32,000 nucleotides of DNA from Acaryochloris thomasi RCC1774 (GCF_003231495.1 NZ_PQWO01000003.1:399294-431293); one strand, 5' to 3'; counted from the first letter of the stretch, positions 1 to 9,965 are shown. Translations and numbers: made by a program. Notes: generated from the letters alone by a model not told the origin.

Positions 1-1117
1 CACGAGTCGTCATCGCCGGGGAGCCAAGTCGTAAACCACTGGTCACAAAAGGCGATTCAGGATCGAACGGCACCGTATTTTTATTGGTCGTAATTCTCAC
101 CTGACCCATGAGCAAATCAGCCTGCTTGCCGGTCATCCCAATGGACCGCAGATCCACCAGCATCACGTGGTTATCCGTGCCATCAGAGACAATCTTGAAG
201 CCTCTCTCTTGGAGCTGCTTCGCTAGCGCTTGAGCGTTTTCAATCACGTGACCCGCGTAAGTTTTAAACTCAGGCTGCAGCGCCTCACCAAAGGCCACCG
301 CCTTCGCCGCAATCACGTGTTCTAACGGACCGCCCTGCGTCCCTGGAAATACCGCCTTATCAAACTTTTTCCCAAGGTCAGGGTCGCGGGTCAAAATCAG
401 GCCACCTCGAGGTCCCCGCAAAGTTTTGTGGGTCGTAGTGGTGACCACATCACAAATAGGAACAGGATTAGGATGATGTCCCGAGGCCACTAAGCCAGCA
501 ATATGAGCCATATCGGCCAGCAGGTAGGCTCCGACCTCATCAGCAATGGCGCGGAACTGTTCAAAATCAATAATGCGGGAATAGGCTGAATAGCCACAGA
601 TAATCATCTTGGGCCGATGCTCAAGGGCCACCTGACGAATCAGATCAAAATTGAGCTGCTCGGTTTCTGGATCGACGCCATATTGCACAACATTGAACCA
701 CTTCCCTGAAACGTTGACGGGGGAACCGTGGGTCAAGTGGCCACCGTGGGACAGATCCATACCCATGATCGTGTCACCAGGCTTCAGCAGCGCAAGGAAG
801 ACCGCAAAGTTGGCCTGTGCGCCGGAGTGGGGCTGAACGTTGGCGTGGGCAGCACCGAAGAGTTCTTTAACGCGATCAATGGCGAGCTGCTCCACCGTAT
901 CAATGTGCTCACAGCCGCCGTAGTAGCGTTTTCCGGGCAGACCTTCGGCGTATTTATTGGTGAGGACCGTGCCTTGAGCTGCGAGAACGGCTGCTGAAGT
1001 GAAGTTTTCGCTAGCGATCAGCTCTAGGTGATCGCGCTGGCGCTGCAGTTCTTGCTGCAGAATACCGGCAACGGTCGGATCAGTCGTTGACAGAATATCT
1101 AGGCTGGTTTGTGTCAC
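1..1117 (-). CDS. glyA: Serine hydroxymethyltransferase, N-terminal ~372 codons; the C-terminus lies beyond the window start
   Basis: Manual minus-strand translation from GTG at 1117 gives [71 protein letters not shown]...[35 protein letters not shown], the PLP-lysine region. The frame is open to position 1. It is absent from the ORF track only because it runs off the edge. Confidence 0.95.
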   Translation of the reverse strand, partial: MTQTSLDILSTTDPTVAGILQQELQRQRDHLELIASENFTSAAVLAAQGTVLTNKYAEGLPGKRYYGGCEHIDTVEQLAIDRVKELFGAAHANVQPHSGAQANFAVFLALLKPGDTIMGMDLSHGGHLTHGSPVNVSGKWFNVVQYGVDPETEQLNFDLIRQVALEHRPKMIICGYSAYSRIIDFEQFRAIADEVGAYLLADMAHIAGLVASGHHPNPVPICDVVTTTTHKTLRGPRGGLILTRDPDLGKKFDKAVFPGTQGGPLEHVIAAKAVAFGEALQPEFKTYAGHVIENAQALAKQLQERGFKIVSDGTDNHVMLVDLRSIGMTGKQADLLMGQVRITTNKNTVPFDPESPFVTSGLRLGSPAMTTR

Positions 1118-1376
1118 AGGGCACCCCTTTTTCCAACTGGATAGCGTAAAAATAATCAAAAAGACAGCCAGGAATCTTGAGAAGAAACGGCCTGTTCGCC
1201 TCAGGCTAACATCTTACCTTGATCGGCTCGGTCATAAATTCAACAAAAAAGAGAAATGCTCAGCAGGATTCTCCTGAGAGCAACAGGCATATATTAAGTT
1301 CAACACACAGATCCCCTAATCTCTCTAAGTCTTGGCTAGAATAGGGTCTAGGGTCTTAAACTCGTCCCGGAGGTGT

Positions 1377-1580
1377 ATGGTGCTGGTAATTGTCACAGAG
1401 GATCAACTGCTGCAGCCTCAGCTCATCTGTCAAAGCTGTGTGTTAGCAGATCGCAGCGGACGCCCGCGCTGGCATCAGGGTAAGTTAGATTGCGGCAGAC
1501 CGGTGCCGTCTCCTCCTGAAGATCAGCCAGATCAATATCGCTGTCAGATGGGTTTTCGAGTCACGAACATTCAAGAATGA
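1377..1580 (+). CDS. Small (67 aa) Cys-containing hypothetical protein
   Basis: An internal ATG at 1377 in the 1332..1580 ORF follows GGAGG (1370-1374) at good spacing. There are four Cys residues (ICQSC ... LDCG ... YRCQ), suggesting a zinc-ribbon-like fold. No family recognised. Confidence 0.45.
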   Translation: MVLVIVTEDQLLQPQLICQSCVLADRSGRPRWHQGKLDCGRPVPSPPEDQPDQYRCQMGFRVTNIQE

Positions 1581-1654
1581 GCGTTAGCATAGATATTAGG
1601 ATGAGTGGGCTGTAGCTCACTCCTACGTGAAGAAGACTTGGTGGAGAGCTATTT

Positions 1655-2134
1655 ATGACCTGGCGTGGAACAACAACCGTAAGCGATCGCATCTTTGCAA
1701 GCTTGCCTTACCTCATTACACTCATGTACGGCATTGAATTTGGTCGTTCAGTGTTGGAGGTCGTTCCGGCACTAGGACAGGTCTTGTATCCCTTGATTGC
1801 ACCACTTGCAATCATTTATGCCATTCCCTTTGCTAGCATCATTATCTTTTTTGCTCTGTTCCTATTGGTGGTCAGAAATGAGAAGATTAGCCACTTCATT
1901 CGCTTTAACACCATGCAGGCACTCTTGATCAGTATTGCGCTGTTCCTATGCCAATTGGTAATTGGGATTTTGAGCAACCTCGGCGGGAGCGTTGCTTCGA
2001 TTATTTTAGTGCTGAACAACGCAATCTTTCTGGGCGTGTTAGCGGCCTTTTTCTATTCGGTGGTCCAGTCTTTTCGAGGGCAGTATGCCGAGATCCCGAC
2101 CATTTCTGAAGCGGTCTATATGCAGGTGCGTTAA
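1655..2134 (+). CDS. Tic20-family integral membrane protein
   Basis: 159 aa with about 4 hydrophobic helices. The SHFIRFNTMQALLISI motif resembles the Tic20/HP-Tic20 signature (F-x-RFNxMQA). Confidence 0.75.
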   Translation: MTWRGTTTVSDRIFASLPYLITLMYGIEFGRSVLEVVPALGQVLYPLIAPLAIIYAIPFASIIIFFALFLLVVRNEKISHFIRFNTMQALLISIALFLCQLVIGILSNLGGSVASIILVLNNAIFLGVLAAFFYSVVQSFRGQYAEIPTISEAVYMQVR

Positions 2135-2349
2135 GTTCTAGTGCTTTCATGCTGCTGTAATTGCGACAGAAGCCTTACGTTTGCAAGAACAAGCCAAAAT
2201 TTTAATGGAATTCTCCTTCAAACTGGTCTAGGATTATAGATCCTTGCTTTTGGTGTTTAGGTACCCAGCACTACCTCCTTAAAATAGGAGTCCCGGCTGC
2301 TGTACTGAGTCGTCAAAGGCCACTATGCTCATAAGGACAAAATTCAACA

Positions 2350-2667
2350 ATGGTTTCCTACGAAACGATGTATATCCTCAGACCTGACGTCAATGAGGAG
2401 AAGTTAGACCAGGCAATTAACAAGTATCAAGATATTTTGCGCGAGAATGGCGTTGAGAATCTAGATACTCAGCACCGAGGTAAGCGCCGCTTAGCCTATG
2501 AGATTCAGCGCTTTCGGGAAGGGATTTATATCCAGATGAATTACGATGCACCCGGAGCTGCGATCGCAAAGATGGAGCGTGCCATGCGCATCAGTGAAGA
2601 TGTGATTCGATATCTAACCCTGAAGCAAAGTCCGCCTCAGCCCCAAGATGCAGAAAACGACGATTAA
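2350..2667 (+). CDS. rpsF: 30S ribosomal protein S6
   Basis: [34 protein letters not shown]...RRLAYEI...GIYIQMNY is a typical S6 sequence. The acidic C-terminal tail is also typical. Confidence 0.95.
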   Translation: MVSYETMYILRPDVNEEKLDQAINKYQDILRENGVENLDTQHRGKRRLAYEIQRFREGIYIQMNYDAPGAAIAKMERAMRISEDVIRYLTLKQSPPQPQDAENDD

Positions 2668-2816
2668 CTAATCTTGAGCAACTGCACATAAGCGTAAAAT
2701 AGACCGAAGAGGGGTCAGCATTTATCGTGTCGGCTCCTTTTTGGTATGCAATGCCATAGGACTGCTGCCGTAGAGTATAAGAAGTTTATGCAGGAGCCAG
2801 CCGCTGGAGTTTTCAA

Positions 2817-3344
2817 ATGATGAATCAACCACAGCAGGACCCTACCGCTTTAGAAAAAGAGCTTAAGCACCTGCGGCAGCAGCTCTCTGCCCGAGATCAG
2901 CTAGTGGATCAGCTTTCCTCTGAGTTATTTCGCCTCATTCAAGCCCACCCACCTCTGCTGGCCCCTGCAGCAGAGGTAACAACAGGACCACTCTCCCAGG
3001 TTGACCGGCTGCGCCAAGAGCTACAGGCTGTCGAAGAACAAATTGAATTCTACCAACAGCAGATCGACGATCGAGATGCTGAGATCAACCGCTTGCAAAA
3101 CTCTTGTCAGTCCCTTAGTGAACGGAACCAAATGTTAGAGCGACTGATTCAAGAACTGCCCGAAGTCTATAAGCATCAGTTCTCAGACCGCCTCGATCAA
3201 GTGAAGAACAAAATGCAGTCACTCCAGACCGAGAATCAGCGCCTTTACTCACAAATCCAGCAAGAATCGACCGAAGAACAACCGGGAATTGCCCGACGCC
3301 TCCTGCCCTCTTTTGGTGGCCCCAAAAATTCCTCTACTTCATGA
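2817..3344 (+). CDS. Coiled-coil hypothetical protein (175 aa)
   Basis: Q/E/L/R-rich heptad-like sequence throughout (LEKELKHLRQQL, LRQELQAVEEQIEFYQQQIDDRDAEINRLQ, QSLQTENQRLYSQIQQ). No enzymatic motif. Confidence 0.55.
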   Translation: MMNQPQQDPTALEKELKHLRQQLSARDQLVDQLSSELFRLIQAHPPLLAPAAEVTTGPLSQVDRLRQELQAVEEQIEFYQQQIDDRDAEINRLQNSCQSLSERNQMLERLIQELPEVYKHQFSDRLDQVKNKMQSLQTENQRLYSQIQQESTEEQPGIARRLLPSFGGPKNSSTS

Positions 3345-3494
3345 ATATCACTGAGAGCTATTAAAAATAGCAACTGGACAAGAAGCCATACCCCAAACTG
3401 CTAGAATCATCTGAAACTTTGGTGTTGCCTTTTGGCAATTTCCTGTTCTGACCTAGAGCCTGTTTGCAGAGTTATTTTCATCACTGGCAAAACA

Positions 3495-4439
3495 ATGAGA
3501 ATTTTAGTCACGGGCGGGGCGGGTTTTATTGGGTCACACCTAATCGACCGCCTCATGGCGGCAAATCACGATGTCGTCTGTCTCGATAATTTTTACACGG
3601 GTCGTAAACAAAACTTACTCAAGTGGATCAATCATCCTTTTTTTGAGCTGATTCGACATGACATTACAGAACCCATTCGTCTCGAAGTTGATCAGATATA
3701 TCACCTAGCTTGTCCGGCTTCGCCCGTTCACTATCAGTCCAACCCCGTCAAAACCGTCAAAACGAACGTGATGGGCACGCTCTACATGCTGGGCTTAGCC
3801 AAGCGGGTCAAGGCCCGCTTTCTTTTGGCCTCGACCTCAGAGGTCTATGGCGATCCTGCGGTACATCCCCAACCCGAAACCTACTGGGGTAACGTTAACC
3901 CCATTGGTATTCGCAGCTGCTATGACGAAGGTAAACGGGTGGCTGAGACTCTCACATTTGATTATCACCGTCAAAATCAAGTCGATGTTCGCGTAGCTCG
4001 AATTTTCAACACCTATGGCCCCCGAATGCTGTTCCAAGATGGCCGAGTCGTCAGCAATTTCGTGGCTCAGGCTCTGCAGGGCGAGGCGCTCACGGTTTAT
4101 GGGTCGGGGGAACAGACCCGCAGCTTCTGCTACGTTTCTGATTTGGTTGAAGGGCTGATCCGGCTCATGAATAGTGACCAAACAGGACCCATCAACCTAG
4201 GGAACCCCGACGAATATACGATCCTTCAGCTTGCCAAACAAATCCAAAATCTTATTAATCCCGAAGCATCTATTAAATTTGAACCGCTGCCAATGGATGA
4301 TCCCCAACGTCGCCGCCCAGACATTTCCCAGGCTCAGAAGCACCTAGGCTGGCAGCCGATGGTGCCACTTTCTGAAGGCCTTCAGCAAACCGTCGAGGAT
4401 TTCTCCAATCGTCTATCGGATAGGGTAAGTCCAGCCTAG
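3495..4439 (+). CDS. uxs: UDP-glucuronate decarboxylase (UDP-xylose synthase), extended SDR
   Basis: Starts [16 protein letters not shown], a Rossmann GxxGxxG motif. Long colinear similarity to UXS enzymes: [10 protein letters not shown]...[56 protein letters not shown]...[11 protein letters not shown]...[11 protein letters not shown]. The ATG at 3495 is preferred over the track start at 3432. Confidence 0.88.
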   Translation: MRILVTGGAGFIGSHLIDRLMAANHDVVCLDNFYTGRKQNLLKWINHPFFELIRHDITEPIRLEVDQIYHLACPASPVHYQSNPVKTVKTNVMGTLYMLGLAKRVKARFLLASTSEVYGDPAVHPQPETYWGNVNPIGIRSCYDEGKRVAETLTFDYHRQNQVDVRVARIFNTYGPRMLFQDGRVVSNFVAQALQGEALTVYGSGEQTRSFCYVSDLVEGLIRLMNSDQTGPINLGNPDEYTILQLAKQIQNLINPEASIKFEPLPMDDPQRRRPDISQAQKHLGWQPMVPLSEGLQQTVEDFSNRLSDRVSPA

Positions 4440-4524
4440 ATTGCAATCTAGGTTACTGCTGAATGGACATTTCTATTGTTCTGTTGTCTGTAACATTATC
4501 TTTAATCTAGTGGAGTGTAAGTGC

Positions 4525-5874
4525 ATGAAGGTCTGCGTAATTGGAACTGGCTACGTCGGTCTAGTAACCGGTGCTTGTCTTGCCCATGTCGGTCATCACG
4601 TCATTTGCGTTGACAACAATGCAGAGAAAGTCAAACTCATGCAGTCAGGGCAGTCTCCCATCTATGAGCCTGGGCTGTCTGAGGTTTTGCAGTCCGCTAT
4701 CGCAGCAGGCACAATTGAATTTACGACGGACTTAGCTGCAGGGGTGCATCACGGTGAGGTGCTCTTTATTGCGGTCGGTACGCCACCATTACCCAGTGGC
4801 GAAAGTGATACACAGTATGTTGAGGCGGTGGCGCGAGGCATTGGCCAAAACCTCAACGGTGGCTATAAGGTCATTGTCAACAAATCAACGGTTCCCATTG
4901 GTTCTGGGGATTGGGTGCGCATGGTCATTGTTGATGGCTTGACAGAGAGTCAAACTGCGGCGAAAGATGCCAAATTTGATGTGGTCAGCAATCCTGAGTT
5001 TTTACGAGAAGGCTCGGCCATCTACGACACCTTCAATCCAGATCGAATTGTGCTGGGTAGCAATGTTCCTGAGGCAATTGCGATCATGAAAGAGCTCTAT
5101 GCCCCCATTGTCAATCATGAGGCCAGTGAAGATAAAACTTTGCCGCCGGTGCCGGTTCTGGTGACGGAGCTGAATTCCGCTGAGATGGTGAAGTATGCGG
5201 CCAATGCTTTTTTGGCGACCAAAATTAGCTTCATCAATGAAGTCGCTAATATTTGCGATCGCGTCGGGGCTGACGTCCTCCAAGTCGCCCAGGGGATTGG
5301 TTTAGACTCTAGAATCGGCAACAAATTTCTGCAGGCAGGCTTAGGCTGGGGCGGCTCCTGCTTTCCTAAAGATGTGGCAGCCCTTGTCCATACCGCCGAC
5401 GACTACGGCTATGAAGCAGTACTTTTAAAGGCAACCGTACAGACGAATCAGCATCAGCGGTTACTAGTGGTTGAAAAGCTGCAGCAGACCCTTAAGATTT
5501 TAAAGGGCAAAACCATTGGGCTGCTGGGACTGACCTTTAAGCCCGATACTGATGATATGCGTGATGCCCCCGCCCTTACCCTCACCGAAGCCCTCACCCG
5601 TCTTGGCGCCAAAGTCAAAGCCTATGATCCACTGATTTCTCAGTCAGAAATCCGTCACACTTTATCCAATATTACAGTTGAGGCAGATATCGAGAAACTA
5701 GCTGCTGGCTGCGATGCTCTCGTTCTCGTGACCGATTGGCAACAATTCCAGTCACTCGACTACAACCGATTGGCCTCATTGATGAACAATCCGATCCTCA
5801 TTGATGGCCGCAACTTCCTCAATAAAGCAGCCCTCAAAAAAGCAGGTTTCAGCTACGTCGGCATTGGCCACTGA
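4525..5874 (+). CDS. ugd: UDP-glucose 6-dehydrogenase
   Basis: MKVCVIGTGYVGLVTGACLA is the N-terminal NAD fold. NPEFLREGSAIYD and GWGGSCFPKDV (catalytic Cys) are the Ugd signatures. The ATG at 4525 is preferred over the track start at 4441. The product feeds the upstream uxs enzyme. Confidence 0.92.
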   Translation: MKVCVIGTGYVGLVTGACLAHVGHHVICVDNNAEKVKLMQSGQSPIYEPGLSEVLQSAIAAGTIEFTTDLAAGVHHGEVLFIAVGTPPLPSGESDTQYVEAVARGIGQNLNGGYKVIVNKSTVPIGSGDWVRMVIVDGLTESQTAAKDAKFDVVSNPEFLREGSAIYDTFNPDRIVLGSNVPEAIAIMKELYAPIVNHEASEDKTLPPVPVLVTELNSAEMVKYAANAFLATKISFINEVANICDRVGADVLQVAQGIGLDSRIGNKFLQAGLGWGGSCFPKDVAALVHTADDYGYEAVLLKATVQTNQHQRLLVVEKLQQTLKILKGKTIGLLGLTFKPDTDDMRDAPALTLTEALTRLGAKVKAYDPLISQSEIRHTLSNITVEADIEKLAAGCDALVLVTDWQQFQSLDYNRLASLMNNPILIDGRNFLNKAALKKAGFSYVGIGH

Positions 5875-5891
5875 CGATATCGTCGCCCGTC

Positions 5892-8195
5892 TTACCGTTT
5901 GCCAATGGCCACTAGCGTGTCGAGCTTCCAGAGAGGAACTCCTGAGCGCTGGGCCGCTTCAGACCGACTGTATCCCTGACGCAACAATCGAATTGCATCT
6001 TGGGTTTTTCGCCAAGTCGCACCGTTAATAGCAATCTTGCCATCATTGCGGGCCAACACTAGCCCCCGAATGATGGCGTTTGCCTCTGATAGCAACTCAC
6101 TCGAAGGACGAGGCGGGGGAGCTGTCGCCACCGGCCTCTGACGGACCGGCGCAGGTTTGAACACGGGTTGGGCAGCAGGCGCAGGAGGACTTACTTTCGG
6201 TGAAGCTGGGCGACTCAAAGGCGAAGCAGGCGCTGGCTGCGGTGGACGAACTGCCACCGATTGAGGGGGGGGTTTAGGTGAAGCAGGCAAACTTTTAGCT
6301 GTTGACGGCTGATTTCGGAACTCAATGGCGACGGCCTGCTTGATTTGCTGACCACTCGCATCGACTGCCTGCAGAAAGAGCGTCCCCTTCTGAAAAAGCG
6401 GATTGAGCTGAACGGTGGTTTTTCCCACCGTGGGCACCGCACCAGGCGCTGGGAAAATAGCGGCCCTGACCTCATTACCGCCCTCTAGTTTCCAATCAAG
6501 ATCCAGCTTGGCCTGAGGACCTAGCTTCGCCACATCATAAATGTACTTGTCCGTCACATCCTGACCATTAATACGGAAGCTCGCAATGCGCAGAGGCTGT
6601 GGATTCACCTTAATGGGGCCAGTAGCCTTCGGTGCCGTTGCTTTAGCCAGCCGCCCTTTAGGAAATGCCGTCAGCTTAAAAACATAATCGCCAGGTTGTT
6701 GGGTCTGGGTTGGCACTTGCTTGCAAATCAACATCTCCCCAAAGGAGCAGTGCTTTGCCAACGCTGGGGGTAGCTCACCAGACTGCAGATCATAGGTTCG
6801 CAATTGACCGTTCGAGCTTCTCAACTGAAGTTCTTTGATCCGCTGGGCGTTAGTAATCTCCCAATTGAGAAGGACACCGGCCTTGCTGTTCTCTGTTTTG
6901 CCCTGATTCGACGCCTGGGCAACTAAAACGCCCGTACTTTTTTGGTCAGAAGTGTATACGGTGTTGGGTGAGAAGAAAGCCACAACTTTAGGAACAGGGT
7001 TCGACTGGATGGCGACAGCTTCAGTCAGTTTTGAATCAGCAGGCTGAGTCACGGACCGCCGCCCAAAGCTCTGAAGTTGAAACCGGTGGAGTTGAGTATT
7101 GGGAATCGGCGCTAGAACATTTTTGCAGGTTAGCGTTTTTGGTTTGGATTCAGCGCTGAGTTGACAGAACCCACGCGCTGCATTTTTTTGACGCAATTTC
7201 TCAGGGATACCTTGGCTAAAATCAAGGGTTTGCAGCGTCTGCTGGCCAGTGCTATCTTGCCGCATCAGAACAAGCTTCTGGAGTTGCTTGGGGTTCTTAA
7301 TTGTCCAGTTAAGGCGAACAGCCTCTTCCTGCGTTGCTTCAGAAGTAGCAATAACCTGCAGAGAGGCAATCTTGGGGACTTCTGACTGTCGCCCCCAAAA
7401 TATCCCGATCAACGCAGCGGCAGCTGTAGCACCCAAAACCAGCGGCAATAGGAGCCGCGGCAGACTTCCCTGAAGTTGCCATGTCAGAGAGCCCTGGGGC
7501 AGCTTACTCGGCAGCGGCAACCCATCATGATCTTCTAAACCCAGCTCAAATTTTTCGCGGCGAGGACGTCCCCACTGAAAACGGGCCGGCTTTTTAGGCC
7601 GTACTTCCAAAGCTACATAGATTTCAGTCTCGGGTGCCAGATTAATTACGAATGGCTCTAGCGCATAAACTGCAAGACTTTTGCGATTAAGGCTTCGAAC
7701 CTGAGCAGTGAGCTGTCGGTGGACAGAACCATTATTTTTTAGAAGAATCTGATAGTGCCCAACCTCTCCTCTAATGGCTTGGGACTTCGGTTCGAGCATC
7801 ACCAGCAAATCATGGGCAGGCTCCACGTATAAATACACCGTTTGCTGCACGTCCATAGCATCAGAAAGGTGATCTGAGTGAAGAGCAAGCGTTAATTGCT
7901 GCCGTTGGGTCGGAGCCCCCTGGGGGGGGTGAATCTGAACCTGAACTCGGCCGACCTGCCCCGGCTCTAGTTCCAAACTGTTGAACTTCACGACCAAACC
8001 CGTCCAAACCTGAACATCTGGATAATGAATGGTGTAACAATTCTCAGGGAGTTGGCTACCGACGAGATGAAGACGCCTAACTTCGCTTGATTGATTCTCG
8101 ATCGAGAGTTCAATCGTCAGCGTCTCGCCAATGGACAGGATGTGGGGATGCTCTGGGGTCGTAATGGGTGTGACGTCACACCTGAAATGACTCAT
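5892..8195 (-). CDS. Large single-pass membrane protein (767 aa) with repeated beta-sandwich-like modules, a proline-rich linker and a small helical C-terminal domain
   Basis: The long ORF has one clear hydrophobic span (LPRLLLPLVLGATAAAALIGIFWG). The ~100-aa modules share LNW(T/E)I.N....(K/E)L.L motifs and paired Cys residues. A P/A-rich stretch follows (PASPKPPPQSVAVRPPQPAPASPLSRPASPKVSPPAPAAQP). The C-terminus reads ...AINGATWRKTQDAIRLLRQGYSRSEAAQRSGVPLWKLDTLVAIGKR. No family name recognised. Confidence 0.7.
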   Translation of the reverse strand: MSHFRCDVTPITTPEHPHILSIGETLTIELSIENQSSEVRRLHLVGSQLPENCYTIHYPDVQVWTGLVVKFNSLELEPGQVGRVQVQIHPPQGAPTQRQQLTLALHSDHLSDAMDVQQTVYLYVEPAHDLLVMLEPKSQAIRGEVGHYQILLKNNGSVHRQLTAQVRSLNRKSLAVYALEPFVINLAPETEIYVALEVRPKKPARFQWGRPRREKFELGLEDHDGLPLPSKLPQGSLTWQLQGSLPRLLLPLVLGATAAAALIGIFWGRQSEVPKIASLQVIATSEATQEEAVRLNWTIKNPKQLQKLVLMRQDSTGQQTLQTLDFSQGIPEKLRQKNAARGFCQLSAESKPKTLTCKNVLAPIPNTQLHRFQLQSFGRRSVTQPADSKLTEAVAIQSNPVPKVVAFFSPNTVYTSDQKSTGVLVAQASNQGKTENSKAGVLLNWEITNAQRIKELQLRSSNGQLRTYDLQSGELPPALAKHCSFGEMLICKQVPTQTQQPGDYVFKLTAFPKGRLAKATAPKATGPIKVNPQPLRIASFRINGQDVTDKYIYDVAKLGPQAKLDLDWKLEGGNEVRAAIFPAPGAVPTVGKTTVQLNPLFQKGTLFLQAVDASGQQIKQAVAIEFRNQPSTAKSLPASPKPPPQSVAVRPPQPAPASPLSRPASPKVSPPAPAAQPVFKPAPVRQRPVATAPPPRPSSELLSEANAIIRGLVLARNDGKIAINGATWRKTQDAIRLLRQGYSRSEAAQRSGVPLWKLDTLVAIGKR

Positions 8196-8626
8196 GGTGA
8201 GTTAACTCAAACGATTGCGAACTGACGGCAACATCGGATCATAGGGCAGAACCAAGCGCAAACTAACTGGCTCTCGGCGCCGAGTCCCCCACCAACTTGG
8301 AGCAATCCCAGCACGTTGATCTTAGTCTCAAGCAGCTCTTGATTTTCCCCCTGCGATCAATTGGAACACTACCCAGTGTGATTGTGCAAGCACCCTTCGA
8401 GCATAGCTTCCCTCATTTTCTCTGACAAGATAAAACCTAGACAGGAACCTAAATCAATCAACAGACCACTCAATTGGCACCTCTTTATAGATAACCTTAG
8501 ATACGCCATTGAGATAAGCTAAAGAAATGCTAACGCTTTTATCTGCGTCTCAAACGCGCAATAAGTCTTCAAAAAATGTGCTTTCCCCAAAGACTTTTGC
8601 TCCTTATCACTTAACCCTCAATAACG

Positions 8627-9088
8627 TTGTTTGCAAGCAAAACACCCCGCATTATTACAAGGACTAATGACGAAGATTTAGTCCTACCCGCTTTAAATCA
8701 ACTGTTTGCCAAGGCTGGGCAGCCCGTTCGTGATCTCGCAAAGCTAGAGATAGCACTTCAGAATTCACTCCTGTTCGTAACGGCCCGCATACTTCGAGAC
8801 GACGCGGTAGTGGGATTTGTCCGCGTCACTGGGGATGGCGTTTTCAACGCCGCGATCTGGGACTTTGTTGTTGATCCCAGCCTGTCCAACGGTGAAGACA
8901 TCAAAAAGATGCTGCTGCAGCGCCTAAAGCAAGAAATTCGACGGACAGGGCTTCAATGCTCCGTCACAATTTTTGCGCAGCCAGAAGATGTTGCTTTCTT
9001 ACAGAAGGCTAATTTTAGTGAAGATCAAGATGGTATTCAAGCAATGGCCCTCCGCCGAGGGTTATTGAAGTGGCGTTCGCCATTTTAG
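8627..9088 (+). CDS. GNAT-fold (ycf52-like) protein, possibly non-catalytic
   Basis: GFVRVTGDGVFNAAIWDFVVDPS resembles the cyanobacterial/plastid ycf52-type GNAT core. The expected acetyl-CoA motif Q/R-x-x-G-x-G/A is not visible; LSNGEDIKK is in its place. The TTG start from the track is uncertain. Confidence 0.55.
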   Translation: MFASKTPRIITRTNDEDLVLPALNQLFAKAGQPVRDLAKLEIALQNSLLFVTARILRDDAVVGFVRVTGDGVFNAAIWDFVVDPSLSNGEDIKKMLLQRLKQEIRRTGLQCSVTIFAQPEDVAFLQKANFSEDQDGIQAMALRRGLLKWRSPF

Positions 9089-9137
9089 CTATTTCTACTC
9101 AGATGAAGAGACAGCAGGGTTGTGTGGAAAGGAAGAG

Positions 9138-9965
9138 CTATAGTGGCATCTCTGCGATCGCATCTAAATCATTCCCCCCCACAAACAGATCGCTACGACC
9201 ACGACAGCGGACCAGAAAAGGGCAGGTGTGCTGGCGACCATCGCACTGTCCATCTTCGATCTGCACTTGAGAGAAAGGCTGACCACGTTCATAGCCAACC
9301 AGGCTATGCCGCAACTGCCGTAGCATTGTCACCAATTCTTGGTGCGTCTGCTGATGCCGATCTGAATCATAGGGCAACACTAGAGAGTGAGACGCCTTGC
9401 CCCGCACTTGTGCAAACCAATAAACCATCGAAATCTGTTCTGGACTGTAACCGGTGGTTTCTACAAGCAAATAGGGATACAGCTTGGTTTGCCAGTCACG
9501 GCACAAAGCCTTTAAGTCACGAGGACGAGTATAGGTCTTCCAGTCTAAGATTTGAGCCTGCTGACTGTTTTGAATCAGTAAATCGTACACCGCTACCAGC
9601 GTGAAGCCCTCACAGACCATTGTTTTCTGGTGCTCACTTTGGCGTTCACCCGCAATTGAGGGGGGCGGAGACTGCTGTAGCGCATCAAACCACTGCTGTA
9701 GAGGTGGGTTCTCCTGGAGAAAGGGTTGGATATCGAGTCCCATGGACTGCTGCTGCAGTAAATAGTGAAACTGTGAGCCGAGGATCTGCCGTTCTCGCTG
9801 AGCATCGACCGTGGGTAATCCCCACTGCTCAAGATAGCGATATTGAAACTTCCGCTGACATCGGGCGAATTGACTGAGATGATTTTGAGAAATTTGCCAG
9901 ATTGAACCCATCGACTCGGCAGTGATCCTCAATTCGAGATTTTGCGGCGTCTGGTTTACAGGCAT
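9138..9965 (-). CDS. PD-(D/E)XK nuclease family protein, Cas4/RecB-like, with a probable Fe-S cysteine set
   Basis: There is an N-terminal Cys (FARCQRKFQYRYL). Candidate catalytic residues are VYDLL ... ILDWKT (D...D/ExK) and a QxxxY-type motif (WQTKLYPYLL). The C-terminal Cys triad is CDGRQHTCPFLVRC. Confidence 0.7.
   Translation of the reverse strand: MPVNQTPQNLELRITAESMGSIWQISQNHLSQFARCQRKFQYRYLEQWGLPTVDAQRERQILGSQFHYLLQQQSMGLDIQPFLQENPPLQQWFDALQQSPPPSIAGERQSEHQKTMVCEGFTLVAVYDLLIQNSQQAQILDWKTYTRPRDLKALCRDWQTKLYPYLLVETTGYSPEQISMVYWFAQVRGKASHSLVLPYDSDRHQQTHQELVTMLRQLRHSLVGYERGQPFSQVQIEDGQCDGRQHTCPFLVRCRGRSDLFVGGNDLDAIAEMPL

Noticed and set aside
1600-1630. GGGCTGTAGCTCAC, which resembles a tRNA acceptor/D-arm start
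   Set aside because: No T-arm (GTTCRANYC), anticodon stem or 3' acceptor complement could be found within about 90 nt. It is not a tRNA.
2668-2760. Possible terminator after rpsF (AGACCGA...TCGGCTCCTTTTTGG)
   Set aside because: The stem is only about 6 bp with a bulge and a ~22-nt loop. This is too weak to call without an energy calculation.
3432-4524. N-terminal extensions of the track ORFs for uxs (3432) and ugd (4441); likewise 22706..23785, 23748..25052, 28983..29360 and 16861
   Set aside because: These are longest-ORF artefacts. In each case an internal ATG yields the canonical family N-terminus (for example [25 protein letters not shown]). The extensions overlap neighbouring genes or pseudogene fragments.
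8273-8284. 12-bp perfect palindrome CTCGGCGCCGAG, about 80 nt upstream of the 767-aa gene
   Set aside because: It is short and GC-rich, with no second half-site or known operator consensus. It cannot be distinguished from chance.
9070-9877. Plus-strand ORFs 9070..9270, 9122..9604 and 9620..9877
   Set aside because: They are antisense to the PD-(D/E)XK nuclease ORF, which carries recognisable nuclease and Cys motifs. These are shadow ORFs.
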